A model generated the notes under the pieces. That model worked only from the letters and a program-made list of their open reading frames with translations. It was not told the DNA's origin and ran no database searches. Source: a bacterium (GTDB lineage: Bacteria > UBA8248). From it: DNA of 64,000 nt. Of the stretch, positions 8,934 through 18,282 are shown piece by piece (positions within the stretch are counted from its first letter, which is position 1; each line of letters opens with the position of its first letter). The stretch covers positions 5,074-69,073 of the forward strand of contig JAVEPB010000049.1 in assembly GCA_030922375.1 (NCBI GenBank), in the 5' to 3' direction. A program made the translations under genes and the position numbers.

Positions 8934-9257
8934 GAAAATCTTCGAAATTTATAGGTTAAAGTTTCGCTGGCCCAGGACAGCGGACTTCACCATGAATATT
9001 ACTTCATCCCCCTTGCCGCATGAAGGTGGATGAAGTTTTGCGGAGTACAGGTTTCAGAACTCTCATACGGAGTGGTATAAATATTGAGGGGAGGTTAGAA
9101 GAGCTAATGTGTACAGCTAATGCATTCAAAGGGGTCAAAATTTCGGAAGGCACAGGTATCTTTATTGGGACAGATCCAGTGGATTTTATCGGAACGTATA
9201 AAGTTACGGTAAGTGAAAGGCGCTGAAAATCTCCCAATTCAACAAGGACAAATCGCA

Positions 9258-10226
9258 ATGAGTGACAAATCGAATTTTCATTTCGGGTATCTTTTGCCGA
9301 CCCGGGGAGTTGTGGTTCAGGCGAAGGGCGGCGCTCCCGAAACAAAACCGATCTTTACCTTGGCAAGCAGTGCGGAATCATTGGGCCTGGATTCCGTTTG
9401 GCTGGGGGACAGCGTTCTTGCCAAGCCGCGGCTTGAAAGCTTTACGACCTGGGCGGCTATTCTCGCGGGAACCAAACGGGTGCACGTGGGAACCGCCGTG
9501 ATGCTCGCGGCCCTGAGGCACCCTGTCATGTTAGCCCAATCTCTCGCCACCCTTGATTGCATATTCCCCGGAAGGGTACTGCCCGGTTTGGGTGTGGGGC
9601 GTCCCGATCTCAAAATTGAATTTGAAACCCTCGGGGTTCCGTTGAACGAGCGCGCAAGACGATTTTCCGAAACCGTGGAGATTGTCAAACTGTTGATGAA
9701 GGAGCCGAAAGTCAGTTTCTCAGGGAAGCATTTTTCGCTGAATGACGTTGAGTTGGAACCCAGGCCCGCAACCCCTGGCGGTCCTCCCATATGGATTTCC
9801 AGCAACCTGGTGGAATCCGGTCTGCGCCGAGTGGCGCGTTTTTCGGATGGCTGGATCACTAATTCCATCACAGTAGACCTCTACCGACAGTGTTGGGAAA
9901 AGATAATGGCTTATGCAGAGGAAGTGAATCGCGCAGAAATTGTCGCGAAAATTCCGCAATGCCTCTATGTGACAATGAACATCAATCCTGACGGCAAGAA
10001 AGCCGAAAAAGAGTGCGGAGACTTTTTGTCGAAGTATTATCACAAGTCTTTTGAGGAAATTCGAAATCAGTTGCTCGTTATTGTCGGGGACGGCGCCCAG
10101 GTGGAAGAACAGCTTCGGGCGTATGCCGATGCCGGCGCCAGAGTGTTTGTCGTCCGGTTCGCGGGCGGAAGCCAGGAAGAGCAGTTGGAGAACTTCGTAT
10201 CCGAATTAATGCCGAGGTTCAAATAG
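9258..10226 (+). CDS. LLM-class (luciferase-like) flavin/F420-dependent oxidoreductase
   Basis: FHFGYLLPTRG and LGLDSVWLGDSVLAKPRLE...VGTAVMLAALRHP. It is a paralog of 17255..18217. ATG 9258 has AAGGA upstream. Confidence 0.85.
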   Translation: MSDKSNFHFGYLLPTRGVVVQAKGGAPETKPIFTLASSAESLGLDSVWLGDSVLAKPRLESFTTWAAILAGTKRVHVGTAVMLAALRHPVMLAQSLATLDCIFPGRVLPGLGVGRPDLKIEFETLGVPLNERARRFSETVEIVKLLMKEPKVSFSGKHFSLNDVELEPRPATPGGPPIWISSNLVESGLRRVARFSDGWITNSITVDLYRQCWEKIMAYAEEVNRAEIVAKIPQCLYVTMNINPDGKKAEKECGDFLSKYYHKSFEEIRNQLLVIVGDGAQVEEQLRAYADAGARVFVVRFAGGSQEEQLENFVSELMPRFK

Positions 10227-11414
10227 GTGGTCATCGAAAACGGAACCGGTATTGCAAAGGAAGAGATTGAAAACCGAATTTCCCGGGCCCGGGAATCGAT
10301 GCGTATCCGCGGCATCGAAATTCTCATCGTCATCGGACGATCATTCTATGACCGCATGGGTAGTCTGACTTACCTCACAAACCATTTTCCGCCGTTTCCG
10401 CCGGGTGCGTTCAGCGAAACCGTCCGCGGGATGGGGCACGGCCTTTTGATTCTCCCGTTGGAAGACTCCCCGGTATTGTTTGTGGATCACCGGAATTATC
10501 GAAGCGAAATGGTGCATATCGAAAACGTCCGGGTGGAGGCCAACATTTCCGCCGGCGCAGTGGGGCAGTTAAAAAAGCTAGCGGGAAAAGGCGTCCGGGC
10601 CGGAATTGCGGGCGAGGATATCATGCCCGCAACGATGTATATCGACCTGACGACTGCGCTTCCCGATGTATCATTTGTAAATGCCAATACATTGATCGAA
10701 CAGATGCGCGCCAATAAAAGCCAAGCGGAAGTGGAATATTTGAAACGTGCGGCGGAAGTCGTCGAAGCGGGGTATTCCGCCATATTTGAGGCTATCCGGC
10801 CGGGTGTGCGCGAAAGTGATTTGTGTGCCGAGGGGCATTCCGCCGGGATGCGTGCGGGCGCTGATTTTGTGCGATATGTCCGCGTTCACAGCGGGCCGTG
10901 GGCAAGTTGGGGGTCGCGCTGGCCTCAGGCCACCCAAAGGAAACTCGAGGCGGGGGATCTCATTCGTTTCGACTATGTGGGGGCGATCGAGGGTTATGGG
11001 TTTGACGTAAACCGGACGGCGGTGGTGCCCGGTAAGGGGCTTGCCCCGGATGTGGAGGAAATGCTCGAGCTGACGATCGCCACATCTGAGGCGGCGGTGA
11101 GCGCGGTTCGCGCCGGGGCTGCGGCGGCGGATATCCACCGGGCGGCGAGCCGGTTTCTCGATGAAAACGCCGGCGGCGCAGGGCAACATCTTTTCCCGAT
11201 GGCGGGGCACGGCATTGGCCTCGAAACCGTTGAGGCGCCTATCATCCGGCAGGACAACGATATGGTCCTCGAAGAAAACATGGTGATCTGCGTAGAGCCG
11301 CAGTTCGTCCTGCCCGGGGTGGGCGGCACGAACATCGAGCAGATGGTTCTCGTGGAAAGTGAGGGCAGCGAGCTCCTCACCCGGACTACGACGCGGCCCT
11401 GGCGGGCGGGTTGA
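10227..11414 (+). CDS. M24-family metallopeptidase fold (Xaa-Pro peptidase / creatinase-like)
   Basis: N-terminal creatinase-like domain plus pita-bread motifs GDLIRFDYVGAIEGYGFDVNRT, GHGIGLETVEAP and NMVICVEPQF. The GTG start directly abuts the upstream stop. Confidence 0.85.
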   Translation: MVIENGTGIAKEEIENRISRARESMRIRGIEILIVIGRSFYDRMGSLTYLTNHFPPFPPGAFSETVRGMGHGLLILPLEDSPVLFVDHRNYRSEMVHIENVRVEANISAGAVGQLKKLAGKGVRAGIAGEDIMPATMYIDLTTALPDVSFVNANTLIEQMRANKSQAEVEYLKRAAEVVEAGYSAIFEAIRPGVRESDLCAEGHSAGMRAGADFVRYVRVHSGPWASWGSRWPQATQRKLEAGDLIRFDYVGAIEGYGFDVNRTAVVPGKGLAPDVEEMLELTIATSEAAVSAVRAGAAAADIHRAASRFLDENAGGAGQHLFPMAGHGIGLETVEAPIIRQDNDMVLEENMVICVEPQFVLPGVGGTNIEQMVLVESEGSELLTRTTTRPWRAG

Positions 11415-11474
11415 TCATTTGACCGGTTAATCATATGGTTGATTAATCAATTTTTCCGAAAATTTGGGCTAAAC

Positions 11475-11504
11475 CCCGGATAATCCCGGATAACCCCGGA
11501 TATC
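11475..11504 (+). promoter_or_regulatory. Three in-phase 10-bp tandem units CCCGGATAAT / CCCGGATAAC / CCCGGATATC (candidate regulator binding array)
   Basis: Read directly from the sequence. It lies in the 595-bp gap upstream of the TRAP operon. The core CGGATAA recurs at 19773..19785 and 40037..40057. Confidence 0.4.
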
Positions 11505-12009
11505 TCGGTTAATCTATTGGAAAAAACAATGATTGCCATTGCTTTTTTTGACCTTGCGGCCATCCGACTGAAATTATGTAAAATGGCGGCCAGAATCAAC
11601 CGGGCATAAAAATTTCGGTCCTGGGGGGGCCGGAGGTCAAGGCTACGGGCCAGAGGGCCGGAAAACGCACCCGTCTCTCCGGAGGGGAAAACCCGATCCC
11701 CGCCCCGCTGCCGAAGGATTTCCGAAACCCCAAAACCGTGCCGGAGGGTTTGAGCACCAATCACCTTACGAAGGGTCGAAACCCTTGTTACCGGAATATT
11801 GTTGGGGGTATCCTCTGATCTCGCCTCTCCAGCGCAGGGCGCACTCTCCTGACCGCATGTCCTCCGGCCGGCATGCCGTTTGCCGGAAATCGCGGCATAA
11901 ATAGAATAAATTGTCTTAACTCCTGGCAAGCGATTCCGGAGAAAAAAAAGTCGATCCCCCATTTTCGAGGCGGAGCGATCGTGGCTCTCGCCAGAGGGAT
12001 GACAACTCC

Positions 12010-13893
12010 ATGGATGCTTCTTCCATGAAACGGTTCCGAAATCCTGTCGCCATTCTTGCCATCGCCTGGGCGGCCATCCAGCTCTACTGGGCTTTCTTCG
12101 GAATGCTCCATGTCTTCATTGCCCGGCCCCTCCACCTAAGTTTCGCTCTCGGTATCGTTTTTCTCACCAAGCCGGCCCGGAAGGAAGGCCAAATCGGCCT
12201 CCTCGATTATATTTTCGCCGCCGTGGCGATGGGCATCGCCTTTCTCTACCTCGCCGAGTGGAATTTCCTCAACGAGCGAATCCGCGATGTCGATCCCGTC
12301 CCCCTGCGCTATATCATCCTGGGCCCTGTTTACATTCTCCTGACCGTCGAGGCCTCCCGGCGCTATCTCGGATGGGGTGTCACCTCGGTCGCCGTCGTGG
12401 CGCTCGCCTATAATTTCCTGGGCCACCTCATCCCGGGGGCGATGGGCCATCGGGTCATCGAGCTTTCCACCTCGGTCGAGTTTCAGATACTCGGCATCGA
12501 GGGCCTCCTCGGTGTCCCTCTCGGGGTGAGCGCCGAAGTCGTCTTCTACTTCATACTATTCTCGGCCGCCCTCGAAGTCTCCGGCGGCGGGAAGTTGTTC
12601 ATCGACCTCGCCATCCGGCTGACCGGTTCCTTCCGGGGCGGGCCCGCCAAAGCCGCTATCGTCAGCAGCAGCCTCATGGGAACAATCAGCGGCAGCGCCA
12701 CCGCCAACGTCGTCGGAACCGGGATATTCACCATCCCCCTCATGAAGCGTCTCGGCTTCGCCCCGCACTACGCCGGCGCCGTCGAGGCGGTCGCCTCAAC
12801 CGGCGGCCAGCTCATGCCCCCTATCATGGGAGCGGGCGCCTTCATCCTCGCCGACATGACGGGCACCCCCTATCTCCGGGTGGCCGCCGCCGCCGCCATC
12901 CCGGCGATTATCTATTATGTCTCGCTATTCTTAATGGTGGACCTCGAGGCTAAAAAGCTTAGTCTCCGGGGCATATCCATGAACGAAATGCCCGAGCTCC
13001 GGGGAATTTTCCTCGAGCGCGGTCTCCTCCTACTGCCCATTATCTTGATCCTCGGCTACATGATTGCCGGATTCACGCTGATGTGGTCGGCCACCTCGGC
13101 TTTCCTCGGTGTCGTAGTCCTGAGCTGGGCCCGAAATTCCACCCGGATGGGGCCTGCGGGAATTCTCGAAGCGCTCGAAAAATCAGCCCGGATGACGGTG
13201 CCCGTCGCTATTCCTTGCGCCGTGGCCGGTATCGTCGTCGGGGTGGTGGACGACACCGGGATCGGCCTGAAGTTCTCCGGGCTCATCGTGAATCTCTCGA
13301 AGGGGATGATTCTCCCCGCCCTGGGCATGACCCTGGTCGGCTGCATTATCATGGGAATGGGAATGCCAACGGCCGCCGCCTATATCATGGCGGCCACCCT
13401 CCTCGGGCCCGCGCTCGCCAAGCTGGGCATTCCCGTCCTCGCCGCCCATATGTTCATCTACTACTTCGCCATTCTCTCGATGCTGACCCCGCCGGTGGCG
13501 CTATCGGCCTACGTCGCCTCCGGGGTGGCGGATTCCGACCTGACCAAAACCGGATGGAAGGCGTTTCAGCTGTCACTCGCGGGTTTCGTCGTTCCCTTCG
13601 CCTATGTCTATAATCCTTCCATGCTCTTCATCGGACCGCTCGGTGATACGGTCTGGGTATCCGCCACTTGCATCATCGGCGTGGCGGCGCTCGCGGCGGC
13701 GATTACGGGCCACCTTTCCGCCGACATGGCGGGATGGGAGAGGGCGGCGCTTCTGGTTTGTTCGATGGCGCTGATCGTCCCGGAGAAGATCACCGATTTC
13801 GTCGGAGTCGGAGCGCTGATTCTAATCGTTTGGATTCATGTACTGCGGGCGCGAAAAAACGCCCCGCTCACCGCACCTGCGGGACAGGTGTGA
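12010..13893 (+). CDS. TRAP transporter fused permease subunit (TAXI-type system)
   Basis: 627-aa polytopic protein. The N-terminus RNPVAILAIAWAAIQLYWAFFGMLHVFIARPLHLSF is typical of fused TAXI-TRAP permeases. A TAXI binding-protein gene follows. Confidence 0.9.
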   Translation: MDASSMKRFRNPVAILAIAWAAIQLYWAFFGMLHVFIARPLHLSFALGIVFLTKPARKEGQIGLLDYIFAAVAMGIAFLYLAEWNFLNERIRDVDPVPLRYIILGPVYILLTVEASRRYLGWGVTSVAVVALAYNFLGHLIPGAMGHRVIELSTSVEFQILGIEGLLGVPLGVSAEVVFYFILFSAALEVSGGGKLFIDLAIRLTGSFRGGPAKAAIVSSSLMGTISGSATANVVGTGIFTIPLMKRLGFAPHYAGAVEAVASTGGQLMPPIMGAGAFILADMTGTPYLRVAAAAAIPAIIYYVSLFLMVDLEAKKLSLRGISMNEMPELRGIFLERGLLLLPIILILGYMIAGFTLMWSATSAFLGVVVLSWARNSTRMGPAGILEALEKSARMTVPVAIPCAVAGIVVGVVDDTGIGLKFSGLIVNLSKGMILPALGMTLVGCIIMGMGMPTAAAYIMAATLLGPALAKLGIPVLAAHMFIYYFAILSMLTPPVALSAYVASGVADSDLTKTGWKAFQLSLAGFVVPFAYVYNPSMLFIGPLGDTVWVSATCIIGVAALAAAITGHLSADMAGWERAALLVCSMALIVPEKITDFVGVGALILIVWIHVLRARKNAPLTAPAGQV

Positions 13894-13948
13894 ATCGCGG
13901 CAACGGAATGAATTCCGCGTGATTCCTTTTGAAAGGGAGGAAAGGCAA

Positions 13949-14932
13949 ATGATGAAACGGGCACGGAAAATCGGAATTTCATTTTTGACGATTGCGGTGA
14001 TCGGTATTTTCGCCGCCGGCCAGGCCGGAGCGGCCAAGCGCATCACCATGGGAAGCTGGAAAAAGGGGAGCGGCTGGCATGTCTACTCCGCGACCATGGC
14101 CAACATCGTGAACAATGCCAACATCGGCGTTCAGATCGACGCGCTCTCGAAAGGCGGCGGCGTCGGCAACCCGGTGAACGTGGGCACCGGCAAGTTCAAC
14201 ATGGCGCTCACTTTCAGCGTCGCGGCGGCGTGGGGCTATCAGGGCAAGGTCGCCTACAAGAAACCGTTTAAAAAGCTGCGCGGGCTCATTGGCGGGCTGG
14301 ACCAATACTATCTGGGGATCGTCACGACGAATCCGAAGGTGAACAGCATCAACGACCTCAAGAAGGTCAAAGTGAACTACGTGACCGTACCCCGGGGCGG
14401 CCTGGGCCAGTGGGCCACCCGCGCCATGCTGGGCGCGCACGGGATCACCTACGCGGACATCAAGAAAATGGGCGGCACGGTCACCCATACCGGTTTCGGG
14501 GCCATCAAGAGCCGGATGAAGGATGGCCAGGCCAACATGCTGAGTCATACGGTGAACGCCGGCCATCCCGCGCTGACCGCCATCGCCGTACAGAAGAAAC
14601 TCAAATTCCTGGAAGTGGAAGAGCAGTATCGCGACAAGCTTCTCGGAATCGGCTTCCTCAAGGCCAACCTGCCGGCGAACACATTCCCCGGCCAGAAACG
14701 GCCCCGGAGGACGTTCGGTTTCACGACGGTGGTGATCGCCTCGAGCGATATGGACAACGGCACGGCCTATAAGATCGTCAAGGCGTTGCTCGACAACTTG
14801 AGCGACCTTCGCGCGGGCCACAAGGGTCTCAGGAATTTCGACCCGGCCAGTACGGGATGTAAGGAATCCCAGATGGGCGCTCCGATTCATCCGGGCGCCG
14901 CGCGTTATTGCAAGGAAAAAGGCTGGAAGTAG
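13949..14932 (+). CDS. TAXI-family TRAP transporter solute-binding protein
   Basis: Start ATG 13949 (GGGAGGAAAGG upstream), signal peptide MMKRARKIGISFLTIAVIGIFAAGQAGA, then TAXI-like GSWKKGSGWHVYSATMANIVNN...GGGVGNPVNVGTGKFNMAL. Confidence 0.85.
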   Translation: MMKRARKIGISFLTIAVIGIFAAGQAGAAKRITMGSWKKGSGWHVYSATMANIVNNANIGVQIDALSKGGGVGNPVNVGTGKFNMALTFSVAAAWGYQGKVAYKKPFKKLRGLIGGLDQYYLGIVTTNPKVNSINDLKKVKVNYVTVPRGGLGQWATRAMLGAHGITYADIKKMGGTVTHTGFGAIKSRMKDGQANMLSHTVNAGHPALTAIAVQKKLKFLEVEEQYRDKLLGIGFLKANLPANTFPGQKRPRRTFGFTTVVIASSDMDNGTAYKIVKALLDNLSDLRAGHKGLRNFDPASTGCKESQMGAPIHPGAARYCKEKGWK

Positions 14933-14946
14933 ACCGAAGCTGACTC

Positions 14947-14975
14947 GCACCCGCCGCCTTCCGGGCGGCGGGTGC
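14947..14975 (+). terminator. Perfect 12-bp GC hairpin after the TRAP operon
   Basis: GCACCCGCCGCC-TTCCG-GGCGGCGGGTGC, followed by GGCGTTTCGCTGATTTC (a weak U-tract). It starts 15 nt after the stop codon. Confidence 0.6.
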
Positions 14976-15033
14976 GGCGTTTCGCTGATTTCTAAAAGGC
15001 CGTGCCCGGTTTTGCGCCGGGAGGGGGATAGTT

Positions 15034-15825
15034 ATGCCTTACCGCTTTGTCGATCTGACGCTCACGGTGGACCCGAAGGACACCTATGTACAGTTCCCGC
15101 GCGATGAGATTTACGGCAAACCCGCGCCCGGAACCACCGTCACCCCCATCGCACAGCTCGATGTGGATCACATCTGCAATTTCGGGTTCACCACCACCAC
15201 CCAGAGCTACACCCACTACGATGCGCCCTACCATTTTTTTCACGATGGGCTGAAGAACGACGAACTACCCCTTGACCATGTCTGCGGGGACGCCTGCGTG
15301 CTCAAGGTGCCCGGAAAAGGGAACTCCGAGGCGGTGACGGCCGAGGATCTCGAGGCCACCGGCGTCGAGGTGCGCCCCGGCGACATCGCCATCGTCAGCA
15401 CCGAATGGACCGACCGGATGTGGGGTTCGCGGGACTTTTGGGAGCACATGGTCTACCTCTCCACGGACGCGGCGGATTGGCTCATCGGCAAGGGCATCAA
15501 GGCGCTCGTTCAGGATTTTATGACGTGCGATTCGCCGCTCTACCCCCCCGAGGAGAGAAAGTGGCCGGCGGTGGACTGGAGCCCGAATCACATCAAGTTT
15601 CTCGAACGGGGCATCTGCCTGATCGAGTGGTGCACCAATATGGGCGCGATTCAAAAAGAGCGCGTCCTGCTGATTACCGGCGCGATGAAGCTCAAGGATA
15701 CCGAGGGCGCGCCGGCGCGGGTCATCGCCATCGAAACCTGGGACACCGAGCCGCCCCGCGATGGGCAGCCTCCGCTTCCCCCGCTTGAGAACCCGTACAC
15801 CGACCGGGGCGCCTGGGCGAAATAG
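15034..15825 (+). CDS. Cyclase-family protein (kynurenine-formamidase-like metal hydrolase fold)
   Basis: Motif SYTHYDAPYHF (HxDxPxH) and the overall size. GGAGGGGG lies upstream of the ATG. Confidence 0.8.
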   Translation: MPYRFVDLTLTVDPKDTYVQFPRDEIYGKPAPGTTVTPIAQLDVDHICNFGFTTTTQSYTHYDAPYHFFHDGLKNDELPLDHVCGDACVLKVPGKGNSEAVTAEDLEATGVEVRPGDIAIVSTEWTDRMWGSRDFWEHMVYLSTDAADWLIGKGIKALVQDFMTCDSPLYPPEERKWPAVDWSPNHIKFLERGICLIEWCTNMGAIQKERVLLITGAMKLKDTEGAPARVIAIETWDTEPPRDGQPPLPPLENPYTDRGAWAK

Positions 15826-15858
15826 CACGGGTGACTCTCGTAACCGATTGAGGTTTTC

Positions 15859-17241
15859 ATGGTTGATCAAAGTCTGCGCGGTTTCTTGGAGATGGTGGAG
15901 CGGGATTTTCCCGAAGAGTTCGTCCGCATCAGGGAGCCGGTCAGCCGGACCGACATCACTCCGGCGGTGTTCGAGTTCGAGCGGGCGGGGAGGTCTCCCG
16001 TCATCGTGTTCGATCAAGTCGAGGGCTTCGTTCACCCGGTCGTGACGAATATCGCGGGAAACAGGAAGCTGCTCGCGGCTTGCCTGGGGGTGGAGCCCGG
16101 AGGCCTTCCCGAAGCGTATAAGGACCGGTGCCAGAATTACCTGCCGGTCGAGGTTGTGGAAGACGCTCCGTGGAAAGAGGTGGTCATCGAAGGCGACGAC
16201 ATTGATCTGACCAAGCTGCCGATACCGTTTCATTTTCCGGTCGATGCGGCGCCCTACATCACGGCGGGGCAGATCGTCGCGCGCGACCCCGAGACGGGTG
16301 TGGATACCACCGGGTTTCACCGTCTCATGCTCGTGGGCAATAACCGTCTGGGCGTGTCGCTTCACTCCCGGCGGCGAATGTATCAATACCATCAAAAAGC
16401 CGAGGCCCGCGGGGAGCCGCTCCCGGCCGCCGTCACCATCGGGACTCATCCGGTGCACTATATGGGTTCGATGGCCTACCACTACCCGCCCGGGGTGCGG
16501 AAGTACGAGATCATCGGCGCGCTGTTCGGCGAATCCTACAAGGTATCGGAGTGCGGGACGGGGGGCCTGGAGGTGCCCGAGGGGGCGGAAATCGTCCTGG
16601 AGGGGGAAATCCTCAACGATGTACACGAGCCCGAGGGGCCCTTCGGCGAGTTCACCGGGTACGCCTCATACCGGAGCACCCAGAACGTATTCGTCGTCAA
16701 GCGCGTCCAGATGCGCAGGGACGCCATCTTCCACAGCGTGGCGTCGGGGATGTCGGCCGATCATATACTGATTTCATGCGTGAGCCGGGAGGCGGAAATC
16801 CTCAACACGCTCCGGCGCAACCTGCCGAACGTGCTCGCCGTCCACGTTCCCTCGAACACGGCCGGCGCGCTGTTGGCCGTCGTCCAGATGAAAAAGACCG
16901 CCGAGGGCCAGCCCCAGCTGGCGATCATGGCGGCGCTGGGGACGGAGTTTTACTGCAAGTGCGTGGTGGTGGTGGATGAGGACGTGGACATCTTCAACCT
17001 TTCGGATGTCGCCTGGGCGATCATCACGCGGACCCGCGCCGAGAAGGACATCACCTTCATCCACGGGGCGATGGGCGCGATCCTCGACCCGATCTCGGAT
17101 CCCGAGGATCACACCCTCACCAAGGTGGGGGTCGACGCCACCCGGCCGGCAGGACGCGATTTCGCCGAGCGGCTTTATATTCCCGACGCGCAGCGGGAGC
17201 GGGTCCGGAGGATGCTCGAGAGCGAGGGCATCAATCTCTAA
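15859..17241 (+). CDS. UbiD-family (prenyl-FMN dependent) decarboxylase
   Basis: 460 aa. N-terminus LRGFLEMVERDFPEEFVRIREPV, plus FGEFTGYASY and an overall UbiD-like layout. Confidence 0.9.
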   Translation: MVDQSLRGFLEMVERDFPEEFVRIREPVSRTDITPAVFEFERAGRSPVIVFDQVEGFVHPVVTNIAGNRKLLAACLGVEPGGLPEAYKDRCQNYLPVEVVEDAPWKEVVIEGDDIDLTKLPIPFHFPVDAAPYITAGQIVARDPETGVDTTGFHRLMLVGNNRLGVSLHSRRRMYQYHQKAEARGEPLPAAVTIGTHPVHYMGSMAYHYPPGVRKYEIIGALFGESYKVSECGTGGLEVPEGAEIVLEGEILNDVHEPEGPFGEFTGYASYRSTQNVFVVKRVQMRRDAIFHSVASGMSADHILISCVSREAEILNTLRRNLPNVLAVHVPSNTAGALLAVVQMKKTAEGQPQLAIMAALGTEFYCKCVVVVDEDVDIFNLSDVAWAIITRTRAEKDITFIHGAMGAILDPISDPEDHTLTKVGVDATRPAGRDFAERLYIPDAQRERVRRMLESEGINL

Positions 17242-17254
17242 GGGGTGACGCATC

Positions 17255-18217
17255 ATGGCCGAAAGAAAAGTGAAGCTCGGGGTGTTGCTTCCCACGCGCG
17301 GGGTGTTGCTCTGGAACGATGGCACGCCCTCGGTGGCGCCCATTGTCGATCTCGCCGTGCGGGCCGAGGAGCTCGGCTACGATTCGGTGTTCGTGGGCGA
17401 TTCGGTCCTGGCAAAGCCCCGGCTCGAGGCGGTTTCGGTCCTCTCGGCGCTGGCGGTCAAAACTTCGCGCGTCAAGCTCGGGACGGCGGTTTTTCTCCCC
17501 TGTCTGCGCGATCCGGTGTTCCTCGCCTACCAGGTCGCAACGCTCGACGTGATCAGCGGCGGGCGGGTGATCCTCGGAGTGGGCATCGGACCGCCCAAGC
17601 CCGCCGAATGCGAGCACGAGTTCGAAACGCTCGGGGTGCCCTTCCGCAAGCGCATGTTCTACATGCAGGAGCACATGACCCTCATGCGCCGGCTCTGGAC
17701 CGAGGACGATGTCACTTTCGAGGGTAAATACTACCGGTGCGAGAACGTGACCCTGGCGCCCAAGCCCATTCAAAAACCCGTGCCGATGTGGATCGCCTCC
17801 GCGACGGTGGAGACCGCCTGGCGGCGGGTGGCGCGTTTCGGTGACGGGTGGTTTCCCAACCGGGTGACGCCCGAGGAATTCGCCGCGACCTGGGGGAAGA
17901 TCAGCGCCGAGGCCGCCGCGCACGGGCGCGACCCGGGGGTGCCGGCCTGGTACATGACCACCTGTCTCGGCGACGACAAGGCCGAGGCCATGAGGAACGG
18001 AGAGAAGTTTTTGCTCGATTACTATTACACCCCGTTCTGGGGGGACAGCATCGAGAAGTGGGGAACTTACGGTCCGGCCGAAGACCTCATCGAGCGGATC
18101 AACGCCTTCGCCGCCGCCGGGGCCGAGCACATCTCGCTGCGCTTCACCCACAGGGACCAGATGGGCCAGCTCGAGCGCTTCACCGAAGAAGTCCTCCCCC
18201 ACCTGAATCTGGACTGA
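17255..18217 (+). CDS. LLM-class flavin/F420-dependent oxidoreductase
   Basis: KLGVLLPTRG and LGYDSVFVGDSVLAKPRLE...LGTAVFLPCLRDP. It is a paralog of 9258..10226. Confidence 0.85.
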   Translation: MAERKVKLGVLLPTRGVLLWNDGTPSVAPIVDLAVRAEELGYDSVFVGDSVLAKPRLEAVSVLSALAVKTSRVKLGTAVFLPCLRDPVFLAYQVATLDVISGGRVILGVGIGPPKPAECEHEFETLGVPFRKRMFYMQEHMTLMRRLWTEDDVTFEGKYYRCENVTLAPKPIQKPVPMWIASATVETAWRRVARFGDGWFPNRVTPEEFAATWGKISAEAAAHGRDPGVPAWYMTTCLGDDKAEAMRNGEKFLLDYYYTPFWGDSIEKWGTYGPAEDLIERINAFAAAGAEHISLRFTHRDQMGQLERFTEEVLPHLNLD

Positions 18218-18229
18218 AGCTTTTCGCCC

Positions 18230-18282
18230 GAAGTTCCGCCGACCGAAATTCCCGGCCCGGGGAAATTCCCGGCCGGAACTTC
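18230..18282. terminator. Inverted repeat between convergent genes (possible bidirectional terminator), containing a 13-nt direct repeat
   Basis: GAAGTTCCG (18230..18238) pairs with CGGAACTTC (18274..18282). GAAATTCCCGGCC occurs twice inside, at 18245..18257 and 18262..18274. Confidence 0.4.

Noticed and set aside
11600-11730. GC-rich stretch (…GGTCCTGGGGGGGCCGGAGGTC…ACGGGCC…GGAGGGGAAAACCCG…) vaguely reminiscent of a guanidine-type (ykkC) riboswitch
   Set aside because: I could not reproduce the conserved ykkC blocks or helices. It lies about 300 nt from the next start codon, and the downstream gene class (TRAP) is not typical. The idea is unsupported without a covariance-model scan.
13979-14950. 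323-aa minus-strand ORF, and similar long antisense ORFs at 17231..18202, 21499..22713, 38487..39767, 44853..45956, 33454..34431 and 32085..33263
   Set aside because: Each is fully overlapped by an opposite-strand gene with clear family motifs. The amino-acid composition is typical of non-coding frames in GC-rich DNA.
15265-16626. 453-aa minus-strand ORF
   Set aside because: It is antisense to the cyclase and UbiD genes. It is Arg/Pro/Gly/His-rich with no recognisable motif. This is a typical GC-rich antisense ORF.
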